Below are positions 17,325 through 26,836 of a DNA stretch of 64,000 nucleotides, piece by piece. Within the stretch, counting starts at the first letter, position 1. Each line of letters opens with the position of its first letter. The stretch comes from Verrucomicrobiaceae bacterium (GTDB taxonomy: Bacteria; Verrucomicrobiota; Verrucomicrobiia; Chthoniobacterales; JAATET01): NCBI GenBank assembly GCA_027488755.1, contig JAIYAZ010000135.1, positions 31,382 through 95,381 of the forward strand, in the 5' to 3' direction. The notes under the pieces were generated by a model, which did not search any database, had not been told where the DNA came from, and saw only the letters and a list, made by a program, of their open reading frames with translations. The position numbers were made by a program, and so were the translations under genes.

Positions 17325-18232
17325 CGCGCGGCCTGGAGGTGGCGGCTCACGCGTTTCGCGAGGGCCGGAGCGTTGGCGGGGAGATCCTGATCCGCCGCGG
17401 TGCGGATGCCGTCGTCGGCAAACCACGCGGCCCGCAGGTGCAGGGCGCCCGCGGGCGTGACCGTGGCCAGGGCTCCGAGCGGGAGGTGGCAGCCGCCGCC
17501 GAGGCCGGCGAGGACGGCGCGTTCGGTGTCGACGCAGAGCGCGGTGGGGGCGTCGTGCAGGGCGGAGAGGGTTTCGCAGGCGGCGTCGGGGCGTTCGCGG
17601 CATTGGACGGCCACGGCTCCCTGGCCCGGAGCGGGCAGCATGAAATCGAGGGGTTGGACCGAAAACGGCGCGAGGCCGAGGGGGACGCCGGCGCGTTCGA
17701 GGCGGTGAAGCCCGGCGGCGGCGAGGACGATGGCGGAGAGGGCGGGGTCCTCGGCGAGTTTGCGGATGCGGGTGGGCACGTTGCCACGCAGCACGACGAC
17801 GTCGAGGTCGGGGCGCTGCCAGAGCAGGAAGCGCTTGCGGCGGAGGCTGCTGGTGGCCACGCGGGCGCCGGGGGCGAGGGCGGCGATGCCGCCGGGGGAC
17901 CGGGCGATGAGCATGTCGGCCGGGTTTTCGCGGGGAAGGACGGCTCCGATGGTGAGGCCGGCGGGCTGGACGGTGGGGAGGTCCTTGAGGCTGTGAACGG
18001 CGGCGTCGATCTCACCGCGGAGGAGGGCCAGTTCGAGTTCCTTGGTGAAGAGGCCCTTGTCGAGGCTGCCAGGGGCGCTGAGGTCGATGTCGAGGCGGGC
18101 ATCGCCGGTGGTGCGGATGATGCGTTCCTCGACGGTGAGGCCGGGGTGGGCGTCGCGGAGGCGGGCGGCGACGTGGCGGGTCTGGGCGAGGGCAAGGTCG
18201 CTGCCGCGGGTGCCGAGGACGAGAGGCTTCAC
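17321..18232 (-). CDS. hemC: Hydroxymethylbilane synthase
   Basis: LGTRGSDLALAQ, KGLFTKELE, AVHSLKDLP, TSSLRR, RGNVPTR, GGGCHLP. Confidence 0.96.
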   Translation of the reverse strand: MKPLVLGTRGSDLALAQTRHVAARLRDAHPGLTVEERIIRTTGDARLDIDLSAPGSLDKGLFTKELELALLRGEIDAAVHSLKDLPTVQPAGLTIGAVLPRENPADMLIARSPGGIAALAPGARVATSSLRRKRFLLWQRPDLDVVVLRGNVPTRIRKLAEDPALSAIVLAAAGLHRLERAGVPLGLAPFSVQPLDFMLPAPGQGAVAVQCRERPDAACETLSALHDAPTALCVDTERAVLAGLGGGCHLPLGALATVTPAGALHLRAAWFADDGIRTAADQDLPANAPALAKRVSRHLQAAR

Positions 18233-19281
18233 GTGGGAAGGGCGGGAGTAAGGACGGAAGCGGGCGCGGGGGTGGGGTGGTGGTGTCGCATCCAGCGCAC
18301 AAAGTCGGCGACGTGGGTGTCGATGATGCGCTCGCAGTGGTCGATCTCGCGCTGGCGCACGGCGAGGGAGCGGCGGGCGATGTCCTGGAGGGAGTCGATG
18401 TCGTAGAGGTAGACGCCGTCGATGGCGTTGACGGTGGGCTCGACGTCGCGGGGCACGGCGAGGTCGATGATGAACAGCGGGCGGCCGGCGCGGTGGCGCA
18501 TCATGGGTTCCAGTTGGGCGCGGGTGACGACGGGGTGCGGCGCGGCGGTGGAGCTGACGAGGATGTCCACGTCGGGGAATTCGTTCTGCCAGTGGTCGAA
18601 GTGGATGGCCATGCCGCCGATCTCGCCGGCGAGGGCGGCGGCGCGGTCGAAGGTGCGGTTCGAAACGATGACGGTTTTGACGCCGCGGGAGACGAGGCTG
18701 CGGGCGGTGCGTTCGCTGGTGTCGCCGGCACCGAGGACCATGACGCGGCGGTTCGCGAGATCGCCGAAGATTTTGCCGGCGAGTTCCACGGCCACAGCCC
18801 CGACCGAGGTGGCGCCGCGGGTGATCTGGGTGTCGGAGCGCACGGCTTTGGCGACGCGGAAGGCGCGCTGGAAGAGCTTGTTGAGGGTGCGGGCGGTGGC
18901 TCCGGCGTCGGCGGCGGAGGCGTAGGCCTGCTTGACCTGGCCGAGGATTTCCGTTTCGCCGAGCACCATGGAATCGAGGCCGCTGGCGACGCGGAAGAGG
19001 TGGCGGACGCTGCGCGGGGTGTCGTGGTGGTAAAGCGGGGCGTCGATGCCGGCGCGGTCGCTGAGGTAGGTGCGGATGCCGTGGAGGGCGCGCTCGGGGC
19101 AGATGCTCGCGGCGTAGAATTCCACGCGGTTGCAGGTCGAGACGACGACCGCCTCGGTGAGCCCGTCGATGGCGCGCACGCGACGGAGAACATCGGTGAG
19201 CTCGTGCGTGGCGACGGCCAGGCGTTCGCGCACGTTCACGGGCGCGATGTGGTGGTTGATGCCGGCGCAGAGGATGTTCAT
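18229..19281 (-). CDS. hemA: Glutamyl-tRNA reductase (short 350-aa form)
   Basis: STCNRVEFY, SGLDSMVLGETEILGQVK, VLGAG, IDLAVPRDV. Confidence 0.95.
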   Translation of the reverse strand: MNILCAGINHHIAPVNVRERLAVATHELTDVLRRVRAIDGLTEAVVVSTCNRVEFYAASICPERALHGIRTYLSDRAGIDAPLYHHDTPRSVRHLFRVASGLDSMVLGETEILGQVKQAYASAADAGATARTLNKLFQRAFRVAKAVRSDTQITRGATSVGAVAVELAGKIFGDLANRRVMVLGAGDTSERTARSLVSRGVKTVIVSNRTFDRAAALAGEIGGMAIHFDHWQNEFPDVDILVSSTAAPHPVVTRAQLEPMMRHRAGRPLFIIDLAVPRDVEPTVNAIDGVYLYDIDSLQDIARRSLAVRQREIDHCERIIDTHVADFVRWMRHHHPTPAPASVLTPALPT

Positions 19282-20054
19282 TTCGGCAGCTGGCTCACGC
19301 TGGGCAGTGTGATGAGCGCAAAGAGAAATACGGCCACGGAAGCCACCACGATGCGCCCCGCGGAGACGAGCCGAAGCCGGGCGAGAATCAGCAGGGTGCC
19401 GTAGAGGGCCCAGATAAAGAGGGAAGCGGCGGTTTTCCAGCCCCGCACGTCGATCCCGGCGAGCATGCCGGCCGTGAAGGCGAGCGTGAGGAGGAGGAAG
19501 CCGGTGACGATGAGACGGAAATTCACGCGACCAAGCTCGGTGATGGGCGGGAGGTTGAGGAGCAGCTCGGAGAGGCGCCGCGCCTTGAGCTGGCGTTCCT
19601 GCACGAGATACATGACGCCGGCGATGGCGGCGAGGCCGAAGGCGCCGTAGGCGATGATCGAGACGGCGGCGTGGAACTCGACCCAGGGATTGTGCGAGAT
19701 GCGTTTCGAAGCGGCGTCGATCGGCGCGAGGAGGGCAAAGAGAAGGAGCGTGAGCACGAGGGGCGAGGTGAACGCGCCCATGAGGGAGAGCCGGTAGGTC
19801 GGGCCGACGAGCAGGTAGATGAGCACGGTGGCCCAGCTTAGGAAGACGAGGACCTCGAAGAGGTTCGTGATCGGGCAGGCGCCCACGATCTGCCCGCGCT
19901 GGTAGAGGAAGGCGCTGGAGAACGCGAAGCCCAGCGCCATGGTGAGGAGGTTGAAGCGGGCGGGGCGGAACGTGCCGGAGCCGAGGGCAAACAGGGTGTG
20001 CCCGAAGCTGAGAAGGTAACAAAATGCGGCGGCGACGAGCCAGTAGCGCTCCAT
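19278..20054 (-). CDS. CcsA/HemX-like cytochrome c assembly family membrane protein
   Basis: CPITNLFE, WVEFHA, MYLVQERQLK...LPPITEL; coupled to hemA (ATGA). Confidence 0.8.
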   Translation of the reverse strand: MERYWLVAAAFCYLLSFGHTLFALGSGTFRPARFNLLTMALGFAFSSAFLYQRGQIVGACPITNLFEVLVFLSWATVLIYLLVGPTYRLSLMGAFTSPLVLTLLLFALLAPIDAASKRISHNPWVEFHAAVSIIAYGAFGLAAIAGVMYLVQERQLKARRLSELLLNLPPITELGRVNFRLIVTGFLLLTLAFTAGMLAGIDVRGWKTAASLFIWALYGTLLILARLRLVSAGRIVVASVAVFLFALITLPSVSQLPK

Positions 20055-20132
20055 GCGATTGGGGCCGGTGGCGGCGGTTTGGGCCACCTGGCAGGTTGCA
20101 ACCCTAGCGGAGCGGTGCACGTTACTCAAACG

Positions 20133-20882
20133 ATGAATGCACCGCCCGCCGTGGCCTCCCAGCCGCTTCCCCGCAAGCCGGTGATCATGCACCAGCGGTG
20201 GCGTCGGCTGCTTTTTCTGCACTGGAGCTGGGATGCCGACGCGGTGCAGGCGACGTTGCCAGCGGGGTTGACGGTCGAGACGTGGGAGGGGCGGGCCTGG
20301 CTGGGGGTGGTGCCGTTCTCCATGGAGGGGGTGCGCCCGCGCTTTTGCCCCGAGGTGCCGGGTCTCTCGAATTTTCTGGAGCTGAATGTGCGGACCTACG
20401 TGCGGGACGGGCAGGGCCGGCCCGGCGTGTGGTTTTACTCGCTCGATTGCGCGCAACCGGTGGCGGTGTGGGCGGCACGGACGTTTTTCCGGCTGCCGTA
20501 TTTTCACGCCACGATGCGGGAGGAGGTGCGGGCGGACCGGATCCGCTATGCGAGCCGGCGGCGCGGGGATGCGGAGGAGTCGCGCTTCGAGTATGCGCCG
20601 CAGGGCGAGGCGCGGCCGGCGCGGGCGGGGTCCCTCGAGGAGTTTCTGGTGGAGCGCTACCGATTGTTTGCCGCCGGGCACGAGGGCCTGCTGAGCGGGC
20701 AGGTCTGGCACGCGCCCTACGAGATCCAATCCGCGGAGGTGCGGGAGTGGAGCATTGAGCCGCTCCGCGAGGCGGGGTTCGCGATGGAGAATCATCCCCC
20801 CGAGCACGTGGCCTACGCGCCGGGGGTGGATGTGCGGATTTACGGGCTCGAGGAGGCGGCCGGCTACCAGCCGAGCACGTAG
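20133..20882 (+). CDS. YqjF / DUF2071 family protein
   Basis: MHQRWRRLLFLHW, FLELNVRTYV, GVWFYSLD, FLVERY. Confidence 0.9.
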   Translation: MNAPPAVASQPLPRKPVIMHQRWRRLLFLHWSWDADAVQATLPAGLTVETWEGRAWLGVVPFSMEGVRPRFCPEVPGLSNFLELNVRTYVRDGQGRPGVWFYSLDCAQPVAVWAARTFFRLPYFHATMREEVRADRIRYASRRRGDAEESRFEYAPQGEARPARAGSLEEFLVERYRLFAAGHEGLLSGQVWHAPYEIQSAEVREWSIEPLREAGFAMENHPPEHVAYAPGVDVRIYGLEEAAGYQPST

Positions 20883-21838
20883 CCGAAGATGAGCGGGGCG
20901 ACGATGGAGGCGTCGGACTCGATCACGTATTTGGGCGTGTCGATGCCGAGTTTGCCCCAGGTGATTTTTTCGTTCGGCACGGCGCCGGAGTAGCTGCCGT
21001 AGCTCGTGGTGGAGTCGCTGATCTGGCAGAAGTAGCCCCAGAGCGGGACGTGGTCGCGCTGGAGGTCCTGGTGGAGCATGGGCACGACGCAGATCGGAAA
21101 GTCGCCCGCGATGCCGCCGGCGATCTGGAAAAAGCCGAGGGAGTGTTTGGCGGTGACGGTGGTGTAATACTCGGCGAGGGCCTGCATGTATTCGATGCCG
21201 GTGCGAACGGTGTGGACGTTTTTGACGTCGCCGCTGATGCAGTGGCCGCAATACATGTTGCCGAGGGTGGAGTCCTCCCAGCCGGGGACGAAGATGGGGA
21301 GGTTTTTTTCGCAGGCGGCGAGGAGCCAGCTGTTCTTCGGGTCGATCTGGAAGGAGTCCTTGAGCTTCCCGCTGCGGAGAATCTTATACATGAACTCGTG
21401 GGGGAAGTAGCGTTCGCCGGCCTGGTCGGCGGCCATCCATTCCTCGAGCACGACGGACTCGATGCGGCGCATGGCCTCCATTTCGGGGATGCACGTGTCG
21501 GTGACGCGGTTCATGTGCCGGTCGAGCAGGGCCTGTTCGTCGGCGGGGGTGAGGTCGCGGTAATTTGGCACGCGCTCGTAGTAGTCGTGCGCGACGAGGT
21601 TGAAGACGTCCTCCTCGAGGTTGGCGCCGGTGCAGGTGATGGCGTGGACCTTGTCCTGCCGGATCATTTCGGCGAGGGAGAGGCCGAGTTCCGCGGTGCT
21701 CATCGCGCCGGCGATGGTCATGAACATGTGCCCGCCGGATTCGAGGTGTTGGCGGTAGCCGACGGCGGCGTCCTTGAGGGCGGCGGCGTTGAAGTGGCGG
21801 TAGTGGTGGTTGATGAAGTCGGTGATGGGCGTCGCCAT
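20864..21838 (-). CDS. Deoxyhypusine synthase family protein (probable homospermidine synthase)
   Basis: AGAMSTAELG, TGANLEED, GGGIAGDF-like motif, YGSYSGAVPNEKITWGK, ESDASIVAPL. Confidence 0.9.
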   Translation of the reverse strand: MATPITDFINHHYRHFNAAALKDAAVGYRQHLESGGHMFMTIAGAMSTAELGLSLAEMIRQDKVHAITCTGANLEEDVFNLVAHDYYERVPNYRDLTPADEQALLDRHMNRVTDTCIPEMEAMRRIESVVLEEWMAADQAGERYFPHEFMYKILRSGKLKDSFQIDPKNSWLLAACEKNLPIFVPGWEDSTLGNMYCGHCISGDVKNVHTVRTGIEYMQALAEYYTTVTAKHSLGFFQIAGGIAGDFPICVVPMLHQDLQRDHVPLWGYFCQISDSTTSYGSYSGAVPNEKITWGKLGIDTPKYVIESDASIVAPLIFGYVLGW

Positions 21839-21887
21839 GGGTGCGGAAGCTCGGAAGGGTTGCGGGGCGGGGAGGGACGGGAGGGAA

Positions 21888-22406
21888 CTAGTCCATCGAG
21901 AACGGACTGTAGAGCGACTCCTCGTAGCCGGAGTCATACCAGTCGTCCACTTCGGGCTCGTTGTAGGCGAAGGGAGCCTCGTCCTGGTATTCCGGGGTGT
22001 TGAAATACTGGTCCTTCTGCACGCGCTGGGTGCGGGCGTTGGCGGCGGTGGGGTTGTAGCCGTAGAAGCCCTGGGTCTCGCTGAGGTAGTTCAGCAGCTG
22101 CGGGGTGGCGCCGGCCTGGCGCAGCGCGCTGAGCTGGGAGTAGGTGAAGTCGTATTTTTTCTCCGTGCTCTGGAGGTAGCTCACGATGATCTGGGTGGGC
22201 ACTTTCTTCTGCACGAGGTTCGTGATGTCGGCGTAATCGAGCACGCGGCCGTTGTAGATCTTCGTGTAGGTGGAGGAGCCGACGTTGTGGGCGGCGACGG
22301 CGGCGGTGAGTTGCGGGTCGACCTGGGGTCCGGAGGAGCAGGCGGGGAGCAGGGCGGCCGCCACGAGGGCCGGGAGCAAAGCGAGGGAGCGGGGCAGACG
22401 GAGCAT
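21888..22406 (-). CDS. Hypothetical lipoprotein
   Basis: Lipobox LLPA-C followed by a small helical domain. Confidence 0.75.
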   Translation of the reverse strand: MLRLPRSLALLPALVAAALLPACSSGPQVDPQLTAAVAAHNVGSSTYTKIYNGRVLDYADITNLVQKKVPTQIIVSYLQSTEKKYDFTYSQLSALRQAGATPQLLNYLSETQGFYGYNPTAANARTQRVQKDQYFNTPEYQDEAPFAYNEPEVDDWYDSGYEESLYSPFSMD

Positions 22407-22486
22407 GGGGCTGTCTTATGCCACGGCGGGGGAGGGGGCAACAAAAGATCGTTGCGCCGCGCGCCGTGCAAAATACCTTCAGCCCC

Positions 22487-23281
22487 ATGAAGATCGCTTC
22501 CCTTGGTGCCGGCCGGATGGCCGCCGCCCTCGTGCGTGGTTTGGTGGATGCCGGGGTGGCGCGGGGCGCGGATGTGCGCGTGGCCGATCCCGTGCCCGCC
22601 GCGCGGGAGCGGCTTGCCGCCGAACTGGGCGTGCAGGCCTGTGCGGACAACGCCGCGGCCGTGACCGGTGCCGATGTCGTGCTGCTGTGCGTGAAGCCCG
22701 GGGACGTGCCTGCCGCGCTGGCTTCCGCGGGCGGCGCGCTGAACGGGACGCTGCTCATTTCGATTGTGGCCGGCCTGTCGCTGGCACGGCTCACGGCCCT
22801 CGCGCCGGGGGCGCGCATCGTGCGCGCAATGCCGAACACCCCCGCTCAGGTCGGGGCCGGAGCCACGGCCTACGCGGGGGGCGACACGGCCAGCGCCGAA
22901 GACCTCGCGCTGGCGGGCCGCATTCTGGGCGCGGTCGGACTTGCCTTTGCCACGCCGGAGAAATCCCTCGACGCCGTCACCGGGCTCAGCGGGAGCGGGC
23001 CGGCCTACGTGTTTCTCGTGATCGAGGCGCTCTCGGACGGCGGCGTGGCGGCGGGCCTGCCGCGTCCGCTCGCCACGCAGCTTGCGGTGCAAACCGTCCT
23101 CGGCGCCGCCCGGCTCGCGGCGGAATCGGGCGAACACCCCGCGCTCCTGCGCGAAGCGGTCACCAGCCCGGGTGGCACCACCGCGGCCGCGCTGGGCGTG
23201 CTCGAAAGTTCCGCCGTCCGCGCGGCGTTCATCGACGCGGTCGCCGCCGCCGCCGAACGCAGCCGCGAGCTCGGCCAATGA
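22487..23281 (+). CDS. proC: Pyrroline-5-carboxylate reductase
   Basis: LGAGRMA, CVKP, RAMPNTP, TGLSGSGPAY, VTSPGGTT. Confidence 0.96.
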   Translation: MKIASLGAGRMAAALVRGLVDAGVARGADVRVADPVPAARERLAAELGVQACADNAAAVTGADVVLLCVKPGDVPAALASAGGALNGTLLISIVAGLSLARLTALAPGARIVRAMPNTPAQVGAGATAYAGGDTASAEDLALAGRILGAVGLAFATPEKSLDAVTGLSGSGPAYVFLVIEALSDGGVAAGLPRPLATQLAVQTVLGAARLAAESGEHPALLREAVTSPGGTTAAALGVLESSAVRAAFIDAVAAAAERSRELGQ

Positions 23282-23943
23282 GGCGCCTGCTCCCCGTCCT
23301 GCTGGCGCTGGCCGGCGCCGTGCCCACCGCCGCCCGCGCGGAGGACGCGCCCGACCCGGCGACCTACGTGCCGATTGAGGCCCGCGCCGCCGCGGCCGAC
23401 GGCAACACCGCCTTTGAAAAGGGCGACTACGAGGCCGCGCGCAAGGCCTACCGCCGCGTGCTCGATATCTCGCCCGACAACCTCGTTGGCCTCGTCAATC
23501 TCGGGCTCGTCGAGTTCCGCGCGAGCAACGCCGCCGAGGCCGAGAAGCTCCTCAAGCGCGCCGTGCAGATCCGCCTGGAAACCGGGGCCGCGTGGCTCAC
23601 CCTCGGCATGCTCTGCTACGAGCAGGGCCGGCTCGACGAGGCCCACGCCGCGCTGGCGCAGGCCGTGCTTTACGATCCCGGTAACGCCCGCACGCACAAC
23701 TTCCTCGGCGTCACCCTCGGGCGGAAGGGCTGGCTCGACGGCGCCGAGGCCGAGCTTCGGCGCGCCGTCGAGATTGATCCGAGCGCCCGCGATTCGCACT
23801 ACAACCTCGCCGTGATCTACCTTCAGCGAAAGCCGCCCGCCATCGAGCTCGCCCGCCGGCACTACTTCCGCGCCGTTGAGCTCGGCGCCTCGCCCGACCC
23901 CGCCATCGAAAAGACCCTCCGCGAAAACGCCCCGAAACCGTGA
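23278..23943 (+). CDS. Exported TPR protein
   Basis: Signal peptide; repeats such as AWLTLGML and THNFLGV, SHYNLAVIY. Confidence 0.85.
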   Translation: MRRLLPVLLALAGAVPTAARAEDAPDPATYVPIEARAAAADGNTAFEKGDYEAARKAYRRVLDISPDNLVGLVNLGLVEFRASNAAEAEKLLKRAVQIRLETGAAWLTLGMLCYEQGRLDEAHAALAQAVLYDPGNARTHNFLGVTLGRKGWLDGAEAELRRAVEIDPSARDSHYNLAVIYLQRKPPAIELARRHYFRAVELGASPDPAIEKTLRENAPKP

Positions 23944-24776
23944 CCCGCCTCCCGCGCATTCTCCTCCTTCTTGCCGTCCTGTTTGTTCCCGGGCTCGCGC
24001 CCGGCGCCCCGGCCGTGCCGCCGATCTTTGGCCGTTGCGCGATCCTCTTCGACGCCAACACCGGCGAAGTCCTCTACAAAAAGAACGACAACCTGCGCAT
24101 CCCCATTGCCAGCACGCAAAAGCTCCTCACCGCCCTGCTCGTCGCCCGCGCGGGCAACCTCGAGGGCTTTCTCACCGTGCCGCCCGAGGCCCCGCTCGCC
24201 GAGCCGACCAAGCTCGGGCTCAAGGCCGGCGATCGCTACCCGCGCCTCACCCTGCTCACAGCCCTGCTGGTCAAAAGCGCGAACGACACGGCCGTCTCGC
24301 TCGCCGTGGACAACGCCGGCAGCGTGCCCGCCTTTGCCGCCCGAATGAACGCGGAGGCCCGCCGCCTTGGAGCCCGCAACTCGAATTTCGTCAACCCGAA
24401 CGGCCTCCCCAACCCCGCGCAATACTCCACCGCCCGCGACCTCGCCTGCATCGCGCGCGCCGCCTACCGCAACCCCGTGATCCGCGACATCGTCGACCGC
24501 AAGACCTACCTTTTCCCCTACGCGAACGGTCGCACGACGCTGCTCACCAACACCAACCGCGTCCTGCGCACCTACTCGTTCTGCAATGGCATGAAGACCG
24601 GCTACACCGACCTCGCCGGCCATTGCCTCGTTGCGAGCGGCTCCTACGGCGGGCGCGACATGATCGCCGTCGTGCTCAAGAGCAACAAGGCCCAGGTATG
24701 GGATGACTGCGCGAAACTGCTCGCCTACGGCCTCGGCATCGACCGGGAGCAGTTCCGCGTGAAGGACGGCGGGTAA
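23940..24776 (+). CDS. D-alanyl-D-alanine carboxypeptidase (peptidase S11)
   Basis: STQK (SxxK), SAN (SxN), FVNPNGL, MKTGYT. Confidence 0.93.
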   Translation: MTRLPRILLLLAVLFVPGLAPGAPAVPPIFGRCAILFDANTGEVLYKKNDNLRIPIASTQKLLTALLVARAGNLEGFLTVPPEAPLAEPTKLGLKAGDRYPRLTLLTALLVKSANDTAVSLAVDNAGSVPAFAARMNAEARRLGARNSNFVNPNGLPNPAQYSTARDLACIARAAYRNPVIRDIVDRKTYLFPYANGRTTLLTNTNRVLRTYSFCNGMKTGYTDLAGHCLVASGSYGGRDMIAVVLKSNKAQVWDDCAKLLAYGLGIDREQFRVKDGG

Positions 24777-24778
24777 CC

Positions 24779-26818
24779 ATGTCGCGCCACTACACGCTTC
24801 ACTCCGCCGCTTCGCCGGTCGGGCGCATTGACTATGCGGCCGAGCTCAACGCGCAGCAGCTTGCCGCCGTGCAGGCTGCGCCCGGGCCGGCGCTCGTGAT
24901 CGCCGGGGCGGGCAGCGGGAAGACGCGCACGCTCACCTACCGCGTGGCCTGGCTGCTCGAGCAGGGCGTGGCCCCGGCGTCCATCCTGCTGCTGACCTTC
25001 ACCAACAAGGCCGCGCGCGAGATGCTCGAACGCGTTGCCGCCGTGGTGCCGGGCGGGGCGGACGAAATCTGGGGCGGCACGTTCCACTCGATCGGCAACC
25101 GCATCCTGCGTCGGCACCCGGAGGCGGTCGGGTTTCGCCCGGGCTTTTCCATCATGGACCGCGAGGACCAGGAGGACATGATCGAGGCCGTCGTCGCCCG
25201 CGAAGGGCTGCGCACGCCGGACCGCCGTTTTCCCAAGGGCGGCGTGCTCGCCGAGATCTTCGGGCTCGCGATCAATTGCGGGCAGACCATCCCGGCCATC
25301 CTCGCGGAGCGCTACCCGTATTTTCTGCCCGTCGAGGAGCAGATCCACCGCGTGGCGATGACCTACGAGGGCCGCAAAAAGGAGGCGAACTCGATGGACT
25401 TCGACGACCTCCTCGCGAAGACGCTTGAGCTTTTCACCACGAACGCGGAGATCGCCGCGCGCTACCAGCGGCAGTTTCAGCACGTCCTCGTCGACGAATA
25501 CCAGGACACGAACCGCCTGCAGGCCGAGCTGGTCGAAGCCATCGCCGCGCAGCACGGAAACGTGATGGTCGTGGGCGACGACGCGCAGTCGATCTACTCG
25601 TGGCGCGGGGCGAACTTCGAAAACATCCTGCGCTTTCCCGAGCGCCACCCCGACGCGGAGGTGCACAAGATCGAGACGAACTACCGCAGCGTGCCCGAGG
25701 TGCTTGAGCTGGCGAACGCGGCGATTCTCGGCAACGAGCGGCAGTTCCCGAAGGCGCTGCGGGCCGTGCGGCCGGCGAGCGGGTTGAAGCCCGCGCTCGT
25801 GCCGCTGGCGACGAACAACGCTCAGGCGGCCTTTGTCGCGCAGCGGATTCTTGAGCTCAACGAGGAGGGCGTGGACTTCCGCGAGATCGCCGTGCTCTAC
25901 CGCGCGCACTACCAGTCGCTCGAGGTGCAGCTGGAATTCACGCGGCGCGGCATTCCCTTCGCGATCACGAGCGGCCTGCGCTTCTTCGAGCAGGCGCACA
26001 TCAAGGACGTGGCCGCGTTCATGAAATTCTCGGTGAACCCGCGCGACGAGGTCGCCTTCAAGCGCATGGTCAAACTTCTGCCCGGCATCGGCGCGAAGTC
26101 GGCCGAAACGCTGTGGAGCCTGGCGGCCAGCGGAAAGACCGAGGATCTGCGCCGCGCCAAGGTGCCCGCCAAGGCGCAGAAGGCGTGGGATCAACTCGTG
26201 CACACCCTCGCCGAGCTGCGGCCGGGAGAGGCTGCGCTGCCGCCCGCGGCGATGATCGAGAGCGTGCTCTTCGCGGTTTACGACGACTACATGCGCACGA
26301 AGTTTCCGAACTACGACGCGCGCCGCGAGGACCTCAACACACTCCAGAATTACGCGAAGCAGTTTGCCTCCACCGAGGAATTCCTCGCCCAGCTTGCGCT
26401 GCTCGGCGCGGTGGAAACCGGCGACGCGCTCGCCGCGGGCCGCGACGACGACGACAAGGTCACGCTCTCGAGTGTCCATCAGGCCAAGGGGCTTGAGTGG
26501 CGCGCGGTGTTTGTCGTGTGGCTGGCCGACGGCATGTTCCCCACCTCGCGCTCGCTTGAGCGGGACGAGGACGTCGAGGAGGAGCGGCGGCTGTTCTACG
26601 TGGCGGTCACCCGCTGCAAGGACGAGCTTTACCTCACCTATCCCGAACTGCGGCTCAACGCGGGCTACGGCGAGGCCTTCCAGCGGCCGTCGCGGTTTTT
26701 GAACGAGCTGCCCGAGGAGCTTTACGAGGCGTGGGAGGTGAGCGCGGGGCCGACGGAGTATTCGCCGCGCCCCGGGGGTTCCCCGCGCATCGAGGGCCAG
26801 GCCGACGAGCCGTGGTGA
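24779..26818 (+). CDS. UvrD/PcrA family ATP-dependent DNA helicase
   Basis: AGAGSGKT, TFTNKAA, VDEYQD, VGDDAQSIYSWRGA, NYRS, HQAKGLEW, EERRLFYVAVTR. Confidence 0.96.
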   Translation: MSRHYTLHSAASPVGRIDYAAELNAQQLAAVQAAPGPALVIAGAGSGKTRTLTYRVAWLLEQGVAPASILLLTFTNKAAREMLERVAAVVPGGADEIWGGTFHSIGNRILRRHPEAVGFRPGFSIMDREDQEDMIEAVVAREGLRTPDRRFPKGGVLAEIFGLAINCGQTIPAILAERYPYFLPVEEQIHRVAMTYEGRKKEANSMDFDDLLAKTLELFTTNAEIAARYQRQFQHVLVDEYQDTNRLQAELVEAIAAQHGNVMVVGDDAQSIYSWRGANFENILRFPERHPDAEVHKIETNYRSVPEVLELANAAILGNERQFPKALRAVRPASGLKPALVPLATNNAQAAFVAQRILELNEEGVDFREIAVLYRAHYQSLEVQLEFTRRGIPFAITSGLRFFEQAHIKDVAAFMKFSVNPRDEVAFKRMVKLLPGIGAKSAETLWSLAASGKTEDLRRAKVPAKAQKAWDQLVHTLAELRPGEAALPPAAMIESVLFAVYDDYMRTKFPNYDARREDLNTLQNYAKQFASTEEFLAQLALLGAVETGDALAAGRDDDDKVTLSSVHQAKGLEWRAVFVVWLADGMFPTSRSLERDEDVEEERRLFYVAVTRCKDELYLTYPELRLNAGYGEAFQRPSRFLNELPEELYEAWEVSAGPTEYSPRPGGSPRIEGQADEPW

Positions 26819-26836
26819 GCGGCCGTCGCGTGCGGG

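Noticed and set aside
18229-19281. hemA as a truncated pseudogene
   Set aside because: Catalytic and NADPH-binding motifs are intact and its stop is coupled to the hemC start, so a short natural form is more likely.
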